Positions 34,279-47,274 of a DNA stretch of 64,000 bases are shown one piece after another (positions within the stretch are counted from its first letter, which is position 1; each line of letters opens with the position of its first letter). The notes beneath the pieces were generated by a model. That model worked only from the letters and a program-made list of their open reading frames with translations, was not told the origin of the DNA and did not search any database. Position numbers and translations under genes: made by a program. The stretch is from Neodothiora populina (Eukaryota): positions 310,001 to 374,000 of the forward strand of contig NW_027191409.1 of assembly GCF_041146345.1 (NCBI RefSeq), read 5' to 3'.

Positions 34279-37072
34279 CTATTCGTTCGGGGCTTCTCGA
34301 GCCTTCCTCCCCTCCCGCTCCTCCCACCTCGTCACCGCGTCCCTGAACAACTGCCGCGCAGGAACCCTACTGCCTAGCCTAGCGCAGAGCAAGAACGCGC
34401 CCGACAGCTTGCGATGCAGACTGTACGTCTCCTCTGGCGGGGGCGCCAGTCTCTCGCGCACCATGAGGCCGATCTTTTCTCTCACGCGATCGGTGATGGT
34501 TTGGTTATCAAAGTCGTAGGTTTCGTTGTCTGGCGCTGTTGTTGCTTGTGCGACTGTTGACGATGACGAAGAAGAGGGGGCTTTGTCGTCGTCGGCGGCC
34601 ACGGCGTCGTAGAAGGGCTCGGCGAGCGTCAGGATCGAGTTGACGTGTGCGTCCAGCATGGCGGTGCTTTCCGCGCCGGTCAGGTATCCGAGCTCGATGG
34701 AGAGGGTTTGGCAGGCTTTGCGGTCGCGTGTCGAGGCGGCGATAAGGAGCCGGATGTAGGGGTCTACGAACTGCGAGGGGGAAGTCGCGGCTTGCGCCGA
34801 AGTCTAGGAGTTCGATTCTGCGGTCGTCGCTTGATGAGGGAGAGCCGCGGTTGTAGAGGAAGTTGGTCCAGTTGGGATCCGTCTGCATGAATCTCCAGTC
34901 CATGAGTTCGCGCAGGCAGAGACGCAGGATTTGCGTGCCTATCCAGTCACGCTCTTCTTGCGAGAGATCTTTGAGCTTCGTCACTGCTGTGCCGGACATG
35001 AACTCTGCGGTCAGGACTTGCGGTCCACATGCTTCCTTTATGACTGCTGGGACACGGAAGACGGCGTTGTCTTCGGGGGATGAAGTGATGAGGTCGGAAA
35101 ATCGTGATGCGGCTGCTGCTTCGCGTTCGTAGTCGCATTCCCAGCCCAACTCGATCTGGGCGTTTGCGATGGTCTTGTCGAGGTACAGTCCCTTGGGAAG
35201 CAGGCGTGACGCGGTCAGCAGAAGAGACAGATTGTTGAGATCCGACACGATGCTGTCTCTGACGCCGGGATACTGGATCTTGACAGCTACGGTTTGACCC
35301 GTTGATGCGAGTGTTGCGCGGTGCACTTGGCCGATCGAGGCGGCTGCTAGAGGGACGTCGTCGAATGACGAGAAAAGATCCTTCCAGTCAGCACCGAGGT
35401 TTGATGCTAGTACCTTGTTGCGTTGCGAAGGCGGCATGTAGTCGGCGCTGTCTTGCACTCGCTGGAGTACAGCGTGAATGGGTGGCGGAAGCATCTTGCT
35501 GTCCTGGAACGACATCATCTGACCGAGCTTCAGAGCAGCGCCACGCATACGTGACAGCTTCGCAACCAACCGTTCCATGTTTGCCGGGCTTAGCATCAGC
35601 GAGCCTGACGACTCGCCGCCTGTTACTCGGCGAAAGCTTTCTCCGACAGCGCCAAAGGCCATACTCGTTGCTAGGCCGCCGTACTGCCAAAGACGGCCGA
35701 AACGAGAGGATGGGACGCGGGACTCGCGAAGCTGGTATGGAGCGCTGGAGACGTCTGCTGCGGCGGATGCCTGGGCAGGCTCTTGTGGCGTTATAGCATC
35801 TCGTGCGAGCTCTTCAGCTAATTCGCGAGTCTCCTGCTCCGCATCCTTCTTCTGCGACTCGGATGCGATGGCTTCTGATGCGGCCTCGACTGGCTCTGAT
35901 GCTTCATCTGCACTCGTGCGTACGTTGAATGTGTCCTGATCCCGGCCTTGGGTCAAAGCACTTTCTTCAACGGGACCACGTCTGGCGGCTCTCATCTTCA
36001 TCTCATAAGCCCCCCTTTTGTCATCTCTACCATTCCTCAACAATGCTGCAACGCGGGGGCTATGAAAGACATCGGTGTTGATGCCTTCTGGTGTTTCGGT
36101 CTGATCCGGAACAGCTTCCTGGGATCGAATCGGGGTGGAGTCAGAGTGAGCCTTCGAGGAGTAGTACACGTCTTGGTTTAGCTGGCTGTCTTGTACGTGT
36201 TCGTCACCACCCTGAGCATCTTCTTCATACTTTGGAATCTTCATACGTGGTAACGAAGAAAACTCGGGAGAAGTGACCGTCGGTCGCTCGCTGTATGTAT
36301 CTTGACCCGCGGTAGGTGTCTGTTCTTCCGATCCTGATACGGAGGGGATCTGAAACTCGGACAGTCTCTGAGCTTCCACGTTGTGCTGAGACGTGTGTCG
36401 AGAGGCCGAAGTCGCACGTCGACGACCTGGATCTGCATCCATTCGCGCTGCACCCTCAAGTGAAATTGTTCCATCAGGAAGAGTAGATCGAGCAGGTCTT
36501 TCCTGCGCAATATTCAGATCCTGATGTTGCTGCAGCGGATCTTGCTGAGGCTCAGAGACAGGCCTCCGTGAATATGTATCCGTTCCCTGCTCCTCTTCTC
36601 GACCTCCAATTGCACTGCCTGCCGGCGTTATAGTTCCATCGGGCAATGGGTTCCGGTCTGCCTTCCTTTGCAACACTTCGAGTCCATCCTTGGGGACATC
36701 GTCGGCTGTAGTATTCGTTGCCGACCTCTGGTTATAGAAATCCTTATTCAAGCCGTGTTCGCCACTGCCTCTCTGAGCTGCATCCATCCCGCTCACAGTC
36801 TCTCTCCTGGGAATAGAAGGCCCATCATCCTCGGTGGGAGACTGGTAACCTCTCGAATACGAGGGGCCTTTTTCATTGACTCTCTTCGAAAGCGCATACG
36901 CGGCTTTGGCAGTCACAGTGACGCGATCTGTTTGGTTCTTCACCGCGCGTGCGAGACTCGACGTCTGAGTGAAAACATCCCATTGCTGCGATCGAATGGC
37001 AAAATGTTGCTTTGCTATCGATCGGGACGCACCGAATAGCTTTGCTGCGTCTAGGAGCCTTCTGCCCGCCAT
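34279..37072 (-). CDS. COQ8: Atypical kinase Coq8/ABC1, mitochondrial; frameshifted in this sequence
   Basis: RGAALKLGQ, AAASIGQVH, VAVKIQYPGV, MQTDPNWTNF and LLDFGASR motifs. The C-terminal part (FVDPYIRLL...PPPEETYSLHRKLSGAFLLCARL) lies in another frame after one extra C at 34777-34781. Confidence 0.9.
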
Positions 37073-37694
37073 TTGCCGTGGATTCTTGGTTCGTGTCTAG
37101 TCTTCCCCTGGGCGAGATTGCTATAGCTTATTATGCATCCTTATGAGACACACTATTCACTGCGGAGATGAATCTACTGCAAATCGTGGTGACTGTGGTT
37201 ATGATCCAAAGGCAACTTTAATTAGTTCATGTTTTGATGCCGTGACTGAAGGATCGCTGACGTCGTCGACGACCATCCGAGCTTCAACTACCACGTCGGG
37301 TACTTCGATGCGCCGAAGGACTCATCGATAGACTCATCGTTCATCAAACGAGCCCTCAATACTTACCGCAAAGGACAGTAGGGTATTCAAGGGAGAGTAT
37401 ATCGACTAGATAGATACTCGCCAATGTTAGCCCGATCTTAGCTGATCATAGCATGTTGGATCTACATACTAAAGCCGAGTGGAAAGTCAGGTACGGTAGG
37501 TGATGAATCTAGAGTGCCTACTATCAATCTCAAGAGGAGCTCTGCTTCACTCTCTTTATCAACAAATAGAAACATTCCCTTCCCGCCACGAACCAACATC
37601 TGCTGAACATCTGCTCTGTGTAAACCATCCCGCCCTAGTCAATTTATCCCTCGCTCTATCAGCCGAATCTTGAGAAGTAAATACACAAAAGAAC

Positions 37695-39081
37695 ATGAAG
37701 ATAGGCTGCCTGCAATTCGCCCCCGAGATTGGCCAGGTAGAGGCCAACATCTCAAAGGCAGATGCGTTACTAGAGCAAGCAGGAAAAGAAGAATGCTCGA
37801 AACTCGATCTGCTCGTGTTGCCTGAGATGGCGTTGAGTGGTGAGTTTGTTTGCTTTTCTTCTTAGGTCACACAATTATATCAAGAAGTCACACTGGTTTT
37901 CTTCTTTCTTTCGTCTCTTCGTCTCCTTATGCTATGGAATCACGAACCAGAATGAGAAGGGCCATGTACGATTATGGTCCTGGTGGTTGTCATGTCACAT
38001 GTATTTGATTTCAATCACTTGACCACCAAAGCTCAAACCATAAAAAGGTTACAACTTCCCAAATCTCGAAGCAATAAAGCCATACCTCGAACCCTCATCA
38101 GCAGGCCCATCAACAGCATGGGCAAAGAAAACAGCAGCACGGTATCAATGCATTGTCAACGTGGGATATCCCGAGATCACGACTGCTACAACCACCAAGA
38201 CAACCTCATCGACGATGACTACAAGTACCTCTGCTGCAGGGAGCAACAAGACTGACGACGACGACAACGACGATGGCCCAAAACGGTACAACACGGTAGT
38301 ATCAGTCTCACCCACAGGCCAGATCCTGGCAACATACCGCAAATCATTCCTCTACTACACGGACGAAACGTGGGCGAGCGAAGGCGACAGCGGCTTCTTC
38401 TCCGGCTCACTCTCCGTCTCCGCATCAGCAGCGCCGCGAGCAGCAACAGCAGACGACGACTCACTGCTGGAAAACGTGGCCATGGGCATATGCATGGACA
38501 TCAACCCGTACAGGTTCGAAACGCCATGGTCGACGTTCGAGTTCGCCACTCATTGCGTCGAGAGACGGGCTCGGCTGGTGCTCTTGAGTATGGCGTGGTT
38601 GACTCGCATGACGCCCGAGGACATGGCCGATAGTGCAGGGATACCGGATCTGGATACTTTGGCGTACTGGATTGAGAGGTTCTCGCCTGTTGTTAAGACT
38701 GGGTTGAACACTGGCAGTGGTGCCGCTATGGCTGAGGGCGAGGAAACTGAAGACGCAGGCGAGACGAGGCAGGAAAGTGAAGGAGTCGTGCTTGTCATGG
38801 CTAATCGATGCGGCATGGAACCGGGGAATGTCCAGGGCGTCAGTCAGGGAGTTGACGGGCGAGGCGAGGATGTGGTGAGCTATGCTGGGTCAAGCTGCGT
38901 TATACTGGTCAAGAACGGAAATATTAGTATCTTTGATATACTGGGCAAGGCGGAGGAGAGGTTGCTCATCGTCGATACCGAGGAGGTAAGTGAAGAGCCG
39001 ATCCTGTCGTGTTGGTTCGAAGTGAAGCTAACAATTAGTCAATAGCAACCAAAATTTGCACTAGCCAGGAAGATGGCTTGA
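37695..39081 (+). CDS. NTA1: Protein N-terminal Asn/Gln amidase (carbon-nitrogen hydrolase family)
   Basis: MKIGCLQFAP...LVLPEMALS|GYNF; YRKSFLYYTDETWASEG; GICMDINPY; ANRCG. Introns 37840-38047 and 38986-39045. Confidence 0.9.
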
Positions 39082-39670
39082 AAGAAGAGAAACGACGTAA
39101 GCGTGCGAAAAATCGAGCGCGTGCTACTTACTGGTAAACCGGACCAGACAGAAAAGTAGGCAACATACTTCGCCTGACAGGCGTACCTCGTGCAAGGACT
39201 GGAAGTCACAAGACCTCGACATTAGATAGAAAAGAAGAATGTCGCAGCAATGTCACAAGCCCAAGCGAGATGCAAGTCACAAGGGCGTCGAAGGTTCATC
39301 AGTGGATGTCAAGGGAGAAAGATTCATGATTCGCATCAGCCAGTTTTTGTTTTCTTCTGCCATTGCAATTCCCTAGCAAACAAGCGCCCATAGTTATGAC
39401 AGCCAGGCGACTATCCCCATGTAAATCCCATCGTTGACGTCCCGTAGAAGAAAAAGCGCCAGATGAGAAGGTGGTTGTTTTTCGTGCGTTCCTTTCCCCT
39501 GTTTTTTCAAGCGTCTGGCTTTTCCCCACTTTGCGTAGTGTGTTCCCTTAGTCCCAGTGAAGAAAATCCATCCGCATTGCGCTGTGCTTTAGAATCCCGG
39601 GCAATGTGCAGCTCAGATAAACGACATAACGAAAGGACCCCAGTTGCTTGTCTTTGGTGGGTCGAGTCGT

Positions 39671-40055
39671 CTAGATGCCGATACGGGTCTTGCGCCAATG
39701 TCTCCTCTTGGCGTTGTACCTGTAGTTATGGACCTGTCAGCCATCTTGTTCGGAGTGGGTGGGCTGTCCTCGACTGTGTCTGTCTCGATCTGATTGAAAT
39801 GGCGCTCTTGGTCGCTTCTTTGCATCTTTCTGTCTCTCTCTCTCGCTCGCCACAGCGCCGTGATCATTCGGGACGGTCGTACCTGATGGTGTTGCCAGTT
39901 CTGAGGCGGATCCACTGAGGGATGGGGCGGTTCTGCTTCTGGGCCTTGGCCAGCTTCTGCTTGGTGCGGAAGGTCTTGTGAGACTGTAGAAACACTGCGT
40001 TAGACAACTATCATCATGCCAGGCGGGAGCGTGTTCGATAATAACATACAGGCAT
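39671..40055 (-). CDS. RPL39: 60S ribosomal protein L39 (eL39)
   Basis: Spliced product [51 protein letters not shown]. Introns 40049-39984 and 39882-39720. Missed by the ORF track. Confidence 0.97.
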
Positions 40056-40486
40056 CTTGACGGTCCTTGTCGCTGGTTGCTGGATGCTAAAGGGTTCGGG
40101 CTTGAGGCTTTGGATTTGCAGAATTGTGTGTGAGAGCGAAGCGCGGGATGTCCCGTTGATTAGCCGAACGGGGTTCAGGCCGCCGACTTCGGGACATCTT
40201 CGGCTTTTCTCTCATGACGGAGATGTCAGTCCGGCATGCCGTCTTCTCCAATTGCTCATACCATTCATCAAGTGTCTCTGTTATCTTATCTGACCAGGGT
40301 GATTAATTCACTGCCTTGCTCGCCACTCGCCTCTAGTGAACCACTGCTTTCTGCACAACAACAAAGCTGACAAGATAGTCTTACGACTGTATAGGACATA
40401 CAAAACTTCTCAAGAACCTCTCAGGTCTACTAAGCGCATTCCCTTGCACTACATTATAAACAGTCACTGCGCATACAACAATCAAG

Positions 40487-41515
40487 ATGCCAAAGGCCGA
40501 GGTGGGCAGCACAAAATGGCTGTCCAACAACATGAAAAGTAAGGGCCTCCAGCGACTGCGGTGGTATTGCCAGGCCTGTCAACGTCAAATGCGCGACGAG
40601 AACGGCTTCAAGCAGCACACCCTGTCAGAAGGCCATGTACGAGCGATGCTGCTGATCGGGGAGGATCCTCGCAAATACATCAACGAATACTCGGAGACTT
40701 TCAAGAAGGACTTTCTGATCTTGCTGAAAACCAGCCATGGCGAGAAGAAGGTACACGCCAATCACTTTTACCAGGAATATATTCGCGACAAAGAGCACAT
40801 CCACATGAACTCTACGAAATGGCCTAGCTTGACCGAGTTCGTCAAGACCCTCGGACGGGAGGGGATCTGTAGAGTCGAGGAGGGCGAAAGAGGTCTCGAA
40901 ATTGCTTGGGTGGACGACAGCCCTGAGGCACTCAAGAGGAGGGAAATGGTGCGCAAGAAGGAAGCAATGGAGAAGGGCGACGAAGAGCGCGAGACCAGAA
41001 TGATTGAGCAACAGATCCAACGCGCAAAGGAGCAGAAAGAAAAGAAGGAAGAGGAGGAAAGGCTCAAGCGAGCTGAGGCTGGTATTGATGAAGAGTCAGA
41101 GTCCCGGCCGAAAAAGGCAGATGGACCGGTGACTTTCAGTCTGGGACTGGGTGCTAAGAAGGCCTCGCCCGAAGCGGAGAAGAATGCGACTGCAGCTGAA
41201 ACGGAAGCTGATGCGCCCAAGGCGGATCAACCCGAACCACTTGAGGAGTACTCCAAAGACCTGGAGAAGCCTGTTGCACCAGCGCCTACACCAGCACCTG
41301 CCTTCTCTATGAACCTAGGGACAAAGCCGAAGCGCGTCAACGTGTTTTCCTCGAAGAGCAACCCTCTCAAAGAGAAGAAAACGACTGCGACGGTTGGAGA
41401 AGAGCCCAAGAAGATGAGCGCAGCCGAGCGAATCATGCGCGAAGAGATGGACAGGAAGCGCTCGCGGGACGAGCGTGGTTCAGGGAACAGCAAGCGACCA
41501 AGACTTGGCCTGTAA
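40487..41515 (+). CDS. RTS2: Zinc-finger DNA/RNA-binding protein Kin17/Rts2
   Basis: KSKGLQRLRWYCQACQRQMRDENGFKQH zinc finger and the EHIHMNSTKWPSLTEF Kin17 mid-domain. Confidence 0.92.
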   Translation: MPKAEVGSTKWLSNNMKSKGLQRLRWYCQACQRQMRDENGFKQHTLSEGHVRAMLLIGEDPRKYINEYSETFKKDFLILLKTSHGEKKVHANHFYQEYIRDKEHIHMNSTKWPSLTEFVKTLGREGICRVEEGERGLEIAWVDDSPEALKRREMVRKKEAMEKGDEERETRMIEQQIQRAKEQKEKKEEEERLKRAEAGIDEESESRPKKADGPVTFSLGLGAKKASPEAEKNATAAETEADAPKADQPEPLEEYSKDLEKPVAPAPTPAPAFSMNLGTKPKRVNVFSSKSNPLKEKKTTATVGEEPKKMSAAERIMREEMDRKRSRDERGSGNSKRPRLGL

Positions 41516-41784
41516 TCATTTGATGCTGATCGACTTCTGTTTGAATTTTAGCGAGGCGTTGGGCGGCGTACGGGACAGTGATCAAGGACCCACGATCAGG
41601 GAGCAAGGCTGATTGACATGACTTTGGCAGGCAGGATCAAGGCTCGAACGACCTGCTTGATGATATGTAGCCAGCGCCTCAATCGAGCATTGTAATGTTG
41701 CGCAAGTGTGATCGAGGCAACATGCAGTCTATAATCACCAAATCGAGATTGCCATCAGAGAAATTGCATCAAAGAGCAGTGTCT

Positions 41785-42343
41785 TCAGAAATCGGAATCT
41801 TCTTCGTGAATGGTTTGCGCCAGCAGACCGCGTCTACCCTTTCCGGGGGTGTCAGACACCGAGTCCTTGAGTGAGACTGGTGACAACATTGGTTCGTGAG
41901 ATTGACCGAGCTTGGCCCTGTTGCGTCGCCTCTCGCGATATTGCTTGACAGTGATATCTTCCGTGACAGAAGTTTGCGCAATGCGGAAAGTTCTACAGAG
42001 GAAGTCGTGAAGGAAATACAGCAACAATCCAACCGCAAAGCCAGTCAAGGTGGCAACACCAAGGTATATGTAAAGTGTCTACATCTCGGTCATCAGCAGC
42101 GGCACAACCAGTGAAGCGACTTGTGCACTGTACCTCGAATTTAGCGAAAAAGTAAAAGGGAGCAGTAATGCAGGCACCGACGAGACGAGCAAAGTAGAAC
42201 AGTGGCTGCAGCACGAATAACACAACACGGGTGACTGGAGCGAGTATGTAGAGAACTGCTAGAGCAACATAGTAGAGAACGAGGTACAACGGGTAGACGA
42301 TCCAGTAGAGAACCGTCAAGGTGGTAGCAAGGTAGATGTTCAT
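41785..42343 (-). CDS. Small hypothetical membrane protein
   Basis: Hydrophobic exon 1 joins via intron 42133-42079 to ...AKFE|TLYIYLGVATLTG... and ends LLAQTIHEEDSDF. Confidence 0.7.
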
Positions 42344-42973
42344 CTTGCGGATCAGTGGGTCTCACTGTACTAGATTTGATCAATCACACCAATGGACATG
42401 ACTTTGGCTGATCATTGGTGGATCTCATAAAGTGTATCAATTCAAGGACTTGGGAAGAAAGGTTCGTTGGATGTCTGAGAAGGCTTGTCTTGACTGATGA
42501 GAAGACAGGATGCAGTAGTTCAGTAGTACAGGAGGCCGCTCTTGAGGGCGGACTCTAGCTACAGTAATAGAGTCTGTGCTGCGAATGGAAATGCTCAGGC
42601 ACAGGGCAAGTGTTGACGAGAAAGTTAGTGACGATGATGGTGATGCGGTGCGGGTTGGGCGCGCCCCTCCAACGACGAATTCCCGTTGCAGTATTTTATT
42701 AAGGTACAGTAGTAGGAGTAAGGACAAGGTGGTGGTAGTAAGGTAGAACAGCTAAGAGTAAAGCCAACTCAAGCAGCTGAAGCTCTCTACCTGCTCTTTT
42801 CAACCGTCCCGTGTCATGTCACGCTTTCCCCAATCACACATTCATGTTGTCTTGATTTCTTGACCACATTCATACGCAGTTTCCTCCACGGGTCTCGGTG
42901 TAACAAATATTGCGTCGCGAATGTAAGATAAGTCCAGCTTCCAGTACACCAATCTCGGTCGAGAGTTGTCCTG

Positions 42974-44894
42974 ATGGGAAACAACCCGTCATCCACGGCC
43001 AAAGGGCCAGAGAGGGCGGGGGCCCAGTCGCATTCCCCAGCGGGCACATTGCAGAGAGAAAGAACAGAGCGACGACGACACCACCAGCAGCACACTGAGC
43101 ATTACTATGGCGAGAGAGGCGGCGCTCCCTCGTCTAATGCTGCCTCTGCCTCTGCTGCTCTCAGCACCGGACAAGGCCCACGACAGCGTGAGAGTCTCGG
43201 GGCGCTGTCGTCTTCGGCCAAGGCACAGGCGGCGCCTCCCTCGCTGACATCCACCGTGGCTCATCCCACCCATACTGTTCATTCTTCCACTCAGGCTCAA
43301 GCTCAAGCACATGCATCTGCGACCACTTCTTCATCACCGGCCGCGGCTCGTGCCGTTCCTATCGCTGCACCTTCATCACAATCTCGTCGCCGTTCCGCGA
43401 CGCGCCCCGCGGCCGCAGCCGCATCACCTTCTGATCAGCCCGATCTGTCTGATCTCTCGCCCCGATCACACATGATGGGCGCCGAGCACTCGCAGCCAGG
43501 AGAGAGAGAGCACAAGAACAGCGATCAGCAGCACCTCAGGCGCCCATCTCCCCCACCAGAACCTCGACTGTCGCCTGCCTCCCAACCGGTCGATGTGCCG
43601 ATGAGTAATGCCCAAGCACGCTCTGCTCGCCCACCACCCCTCGATGCCGGTGCCATGTTCCCTGACACATATCATCTTCCACCGAGCAGTTACTCTCGCC
43701 CCCCACGCTTGCCTCTTCCTATCGAGGAGGAGGTCCACACTCCTGGCTCTCCCATCGCTTCCCCAGTCGATCTCGAGAACGAAGCCGACGACATTCCCAG
43801 ACGAGGCAGTGTGGTCAGCAGTACGGTGGATGACGACGAGGAGCCCGACAACTTCGAGGGCTACTCGACCGAGCACGCGGGTCCGAAGGTGCCAACTATA
43901 ATCGAATGGAGACCAGCAAAGCCGAATGATAGAGTCTACGTCACTGGTACCTTCACCAATTGGGAGCGCAAGTTCAGGCTCTACAAGGATGGCCCCAGCA
44001 AGCACAAGGATGCTCTGTCTGCCACCCTGCAGCTGCCCCCGGGCACTCACCATATCAAGTTCATCGTCAATGGCGACATGGTTACGAGTGAAGCCTTGCC
44101 TACCACCGTCGACTATACCAACATCCTTGTCAACTACATTGAGGTTTCGCTTGATCAAATTGCTTCGCAAGGCAATACAGAAGAATCTGCATCAACCACA
44201 CCAGTGCCTGTACCGGCCGGACCTCCTGCCCCTTCACAACCAGTCGACATCCGCCCGAGACAGACTGCTTCGTCCACCGCTCAGCCTGTCCCGCAGAATA
44301 CTGTGCCCCAGGACATTCCTCATCATCCTGCTCCATCCGCTGCGGCGCCAGCGCCAGAGCAGGACCCACGATCTCCTTCGCCCAAGTCCGCCAATCCCAA
44401 TGCCGCCCCAACGAGGCCCCCCACCACTGCCACCCTCGTCCGCCAGCCACCCAAGAACTACACATCTCAGATTCCTCAATATCTCCTCGATCTGGACACT
44501 TACATTCCATCGAGCGGCAGCAAGGAAAGCGACGCATCCCCAGCAGCCCAGGCTGCCCGCCATCGCATCGAGCGCGCAAACGCCGCCGCCGAATCACAGC
44601 CTCAACCCCCTTCACTGCCCATGTTCCTCAGCAAAAGCATTCTGAACGGCACAACTCCCATGAAAGACGATTCCTCTGTACTGATCATGCCCAATCACAC
44701 CGTACTCAACCACCTTGCCACCACGAATATCAAGCAAGGTGTTCTGGCCACTAGTGCGACTACCAGATATAAGCGAAAGGCAAGTCTGACATGCAATTGC
44801 CTTTTTCCTTCTTCTTAGATTAGTGCTAACATCTGCCTTGTTACAGTTCCTCACCACCATTATGTACAAGCCCCGCAGCGACGACGGCGATTGA
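42974..44894 (+). CDS. GAL83: SNF1/AMPK complex beta subunit (Gal83/Sip2 family)
   Basis: Glycogen-binding domain (VYVTGTFTNW, LPPGTHHIKFIVNG) and ASC domain (PNHTVLNHLAT...ATTRYKRK|FLTTIMYKP). The ASC domain is completed only by GC-AG intron 44780-44846. Confidence 0.92.
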
Positions 44895-46006
44895 GGTCAA
44901 GATGTCCACAAAATTGCACCACAAAGGCCTCGTCGTTTCTCCTAAGCTTACAGCGTGTGTGCGGCGCGCCCATACACACACGCGCTACCCGCGCCCGTTT
45001 TACTTCTCCCGCCTACAAGCTACCAATGAGTGACGTGAACATGGTCTGGGAGAGAAAGGAAAGCCAGCACGGGCAAGCTATGGCGATGACGCTGGCGACG
45101 ACAATGATGATAATGACGATGGAAGGCGTGAGGGAGAGTAAGAGATTAAAGCCGAACAGGTCTAGAGTAGAATGGTATCGCGTGGCGACAATAGAAGTCA
45201 AAGGAAACCACAGTCTGTCTGCAAAGCTCGGAGGAGTGAAACTCAAATGGTTCATTTAACTTGGACCCCCACTCTGAAGCATGGCATGTATGTGTCCATT
45301 CAACAGCGCACTCGCGAGAGCAGGAGGGAGTAGAAAAATCAATCAAACAATCAAGCAAACCTAATACATGTTTTTTGTTTTGGAGTTATTGCGGTCTTAT
45401 TCCGGTGTTTTGACATATCTGTCTCGCAGCGACTAGAGGAGATTGAAGAGGGAATGAGAGATGGATAGACCGATGAAAGTCAAAGGCAGAGAGATAGAGA
45501 AAATAAAGATCAAGGTGGAAGTAAGTTGGAATTATACACCTGTTACTCATAGTCTATACATGTCAAGTCCACACATCAAACTAACAGAGCCAGAGTAAGA
45601 TAGTGTCCGTCTAGTGTGCTGTTCATCATCCCTTATTAGAAAGCTATATTCACTTTTCGCTCTTCCTTTGTCAACACTTATGAGCCCTTCACTTTCGCGT
45701 GTGCAATACGATGGTTCAGTGAGATGTGTGTAAATATGTGTTTATAGGAACGATTTCTTGATTGTCAGTGAGTTCTCACATATATACTGTCGCCGCGGCG
45801 ACCTCGATTCCGGACACTTCTGCGGGTCCATTGGGTTCGTTTCACGTCCCCCCGTCCACGTTCACCTGCTGCGCGCAGGCTCTTTGCGATTCTTTTGCTT
45901 CTGTCCCGTCCTGCGTGTCTTTTCCTTCAGACTCGTTGACCTTCGGACGCAGAGAGACAGACCCACAACGTCCTGATTTGCTTTCAGAAAGAACAAAAAA
46001 AACATC

Positions 46007-46588
46007 ATGGCGGACCAAGACCAGCAACGCCAGCGACCTCCTGATCTTCCTGCTGAGAAGCCCCTCTTCACCCCTAAAGAAGAGATGATTCTCAAGCTTG
46101 TTTGGGGCTGCATGAAGACCTTTCCTGAGGTAAGTGAGCACTCGAGAAGGCTCTCTTCCCTGATCTCCAGTTTCGCTGACTTTTGACCCCTAAACAAAAA
46201 TAGATCGACATGGACAAGCTCAAGGAACGTGGTGGGTTCAATACCATGAAGACGACCTCGAACACTTGGGGTTCGATCAAGAAGAAGATCATCAACATGA
46301 ACATGGAGGGCAATGTTCCTGCTACTGCTGGTACCGCTGGTCAGTCCCTCTACACAGACGTCCTACCTTCTTCTGTCAAGTTGGCAACTAATGACATGGC
46401 CAGCTGCAGTCGACGGCGACCCAGCCACTCCCAAGAAGCCTCGCACTTCGAGCAAGAAGACGACCAAAGTCACTCCCCCGAAGCGTGATCAGGACGATAG
46501 CGGCGAGGAGGGATTCCGCATCTTGGGTCGTGGTAAGAAGGCCCGCAGGTCCATCTTCGAGGCAGACCCCTACGACGATCATGCTTGA
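46007..46588 (+). CDS. Small basic hypothetical protein (Myb-like/helix-turn-helix type)
   Basis: Spliced product MADQ...LFTPKEEMILKLVWGCMKTFPE|IDMDKLKERGGFNTMKTTSNTWGSIKKK...PATPKKPR. Introns 46130-46203 and 46340-46403. Confidence 0.65.
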
Positions 46589-47274
46589 GCTTGACTCTCG
46601 TCGAGACTCGTCGGTGGTGCCATCCATAGCTTCTACCTTTGTGGATTATCATGGTCCATCTTCGGGACGGTCAGGTTAGTTGGCATGAATTCGGACAGTG
46701 ACTGGTCTCTCCAGTAAATTAATCAATGGCTTATTGGTCTTGAACCTCAAAGTACAAGTGCCGTCCCTTCAAAGCAGTCTCGGAACGCATCCGATGGAAT
46801 ATCGTTGTAGCGAGTCAGGCTGCCTTTTCTTTCCTTCTACGGTAAAGAACATTGACCGAGACATGGATCCGTGCGTATGACATGTATGCGTCAATGTCGA
46901 GACGTCTGTGCGTGCCGTACGGGAGGGATACTTTCTACCTTACCTTGATTACCTTAGCTGACTTTGTACGGAGACAAGCACAATGACAGGGTTCCACAGG
47001 GCCTGCAGGCGTCAGAGCAGAGCAGCCAATAATAAATCGTGGCTCACGTCCACTTGTCGAGGGCGGTGAACCCTTTGTGACGGTCCCACATTGTACTGGA
47101 CTTAGCGAGATATCAGGACAAGTCAGTCTGGTCCTTAGCATTACTGACTGCTCTTGCGAGGAAGACTGTCCTGCTTCTCTCTGCTGCTGTTCATATCTCT
47201 CTCGGCAGAGAGGCCTTTCTTGTATTCGTGTCGTTTTATAAATTCTTGCATCTTCTACATCAACAAGCACCGGC

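Noticed and set aside
34771..34795. 25-nt GC-AG mini-intron (GCAAGC..CAG) that would repair the COQ8 frameshift
   Set aside because: It is far below normal ascomycete intron size, has no good branch site, and would delete the conserved ASR residues after DFG.
39720..40049. Intronic snoRNA in RPL39
   Set aside because: Intron 1 has a C-box word but is only 66 nt with no D box. Intron 2 lacks a proper C box or H/ACA layout.
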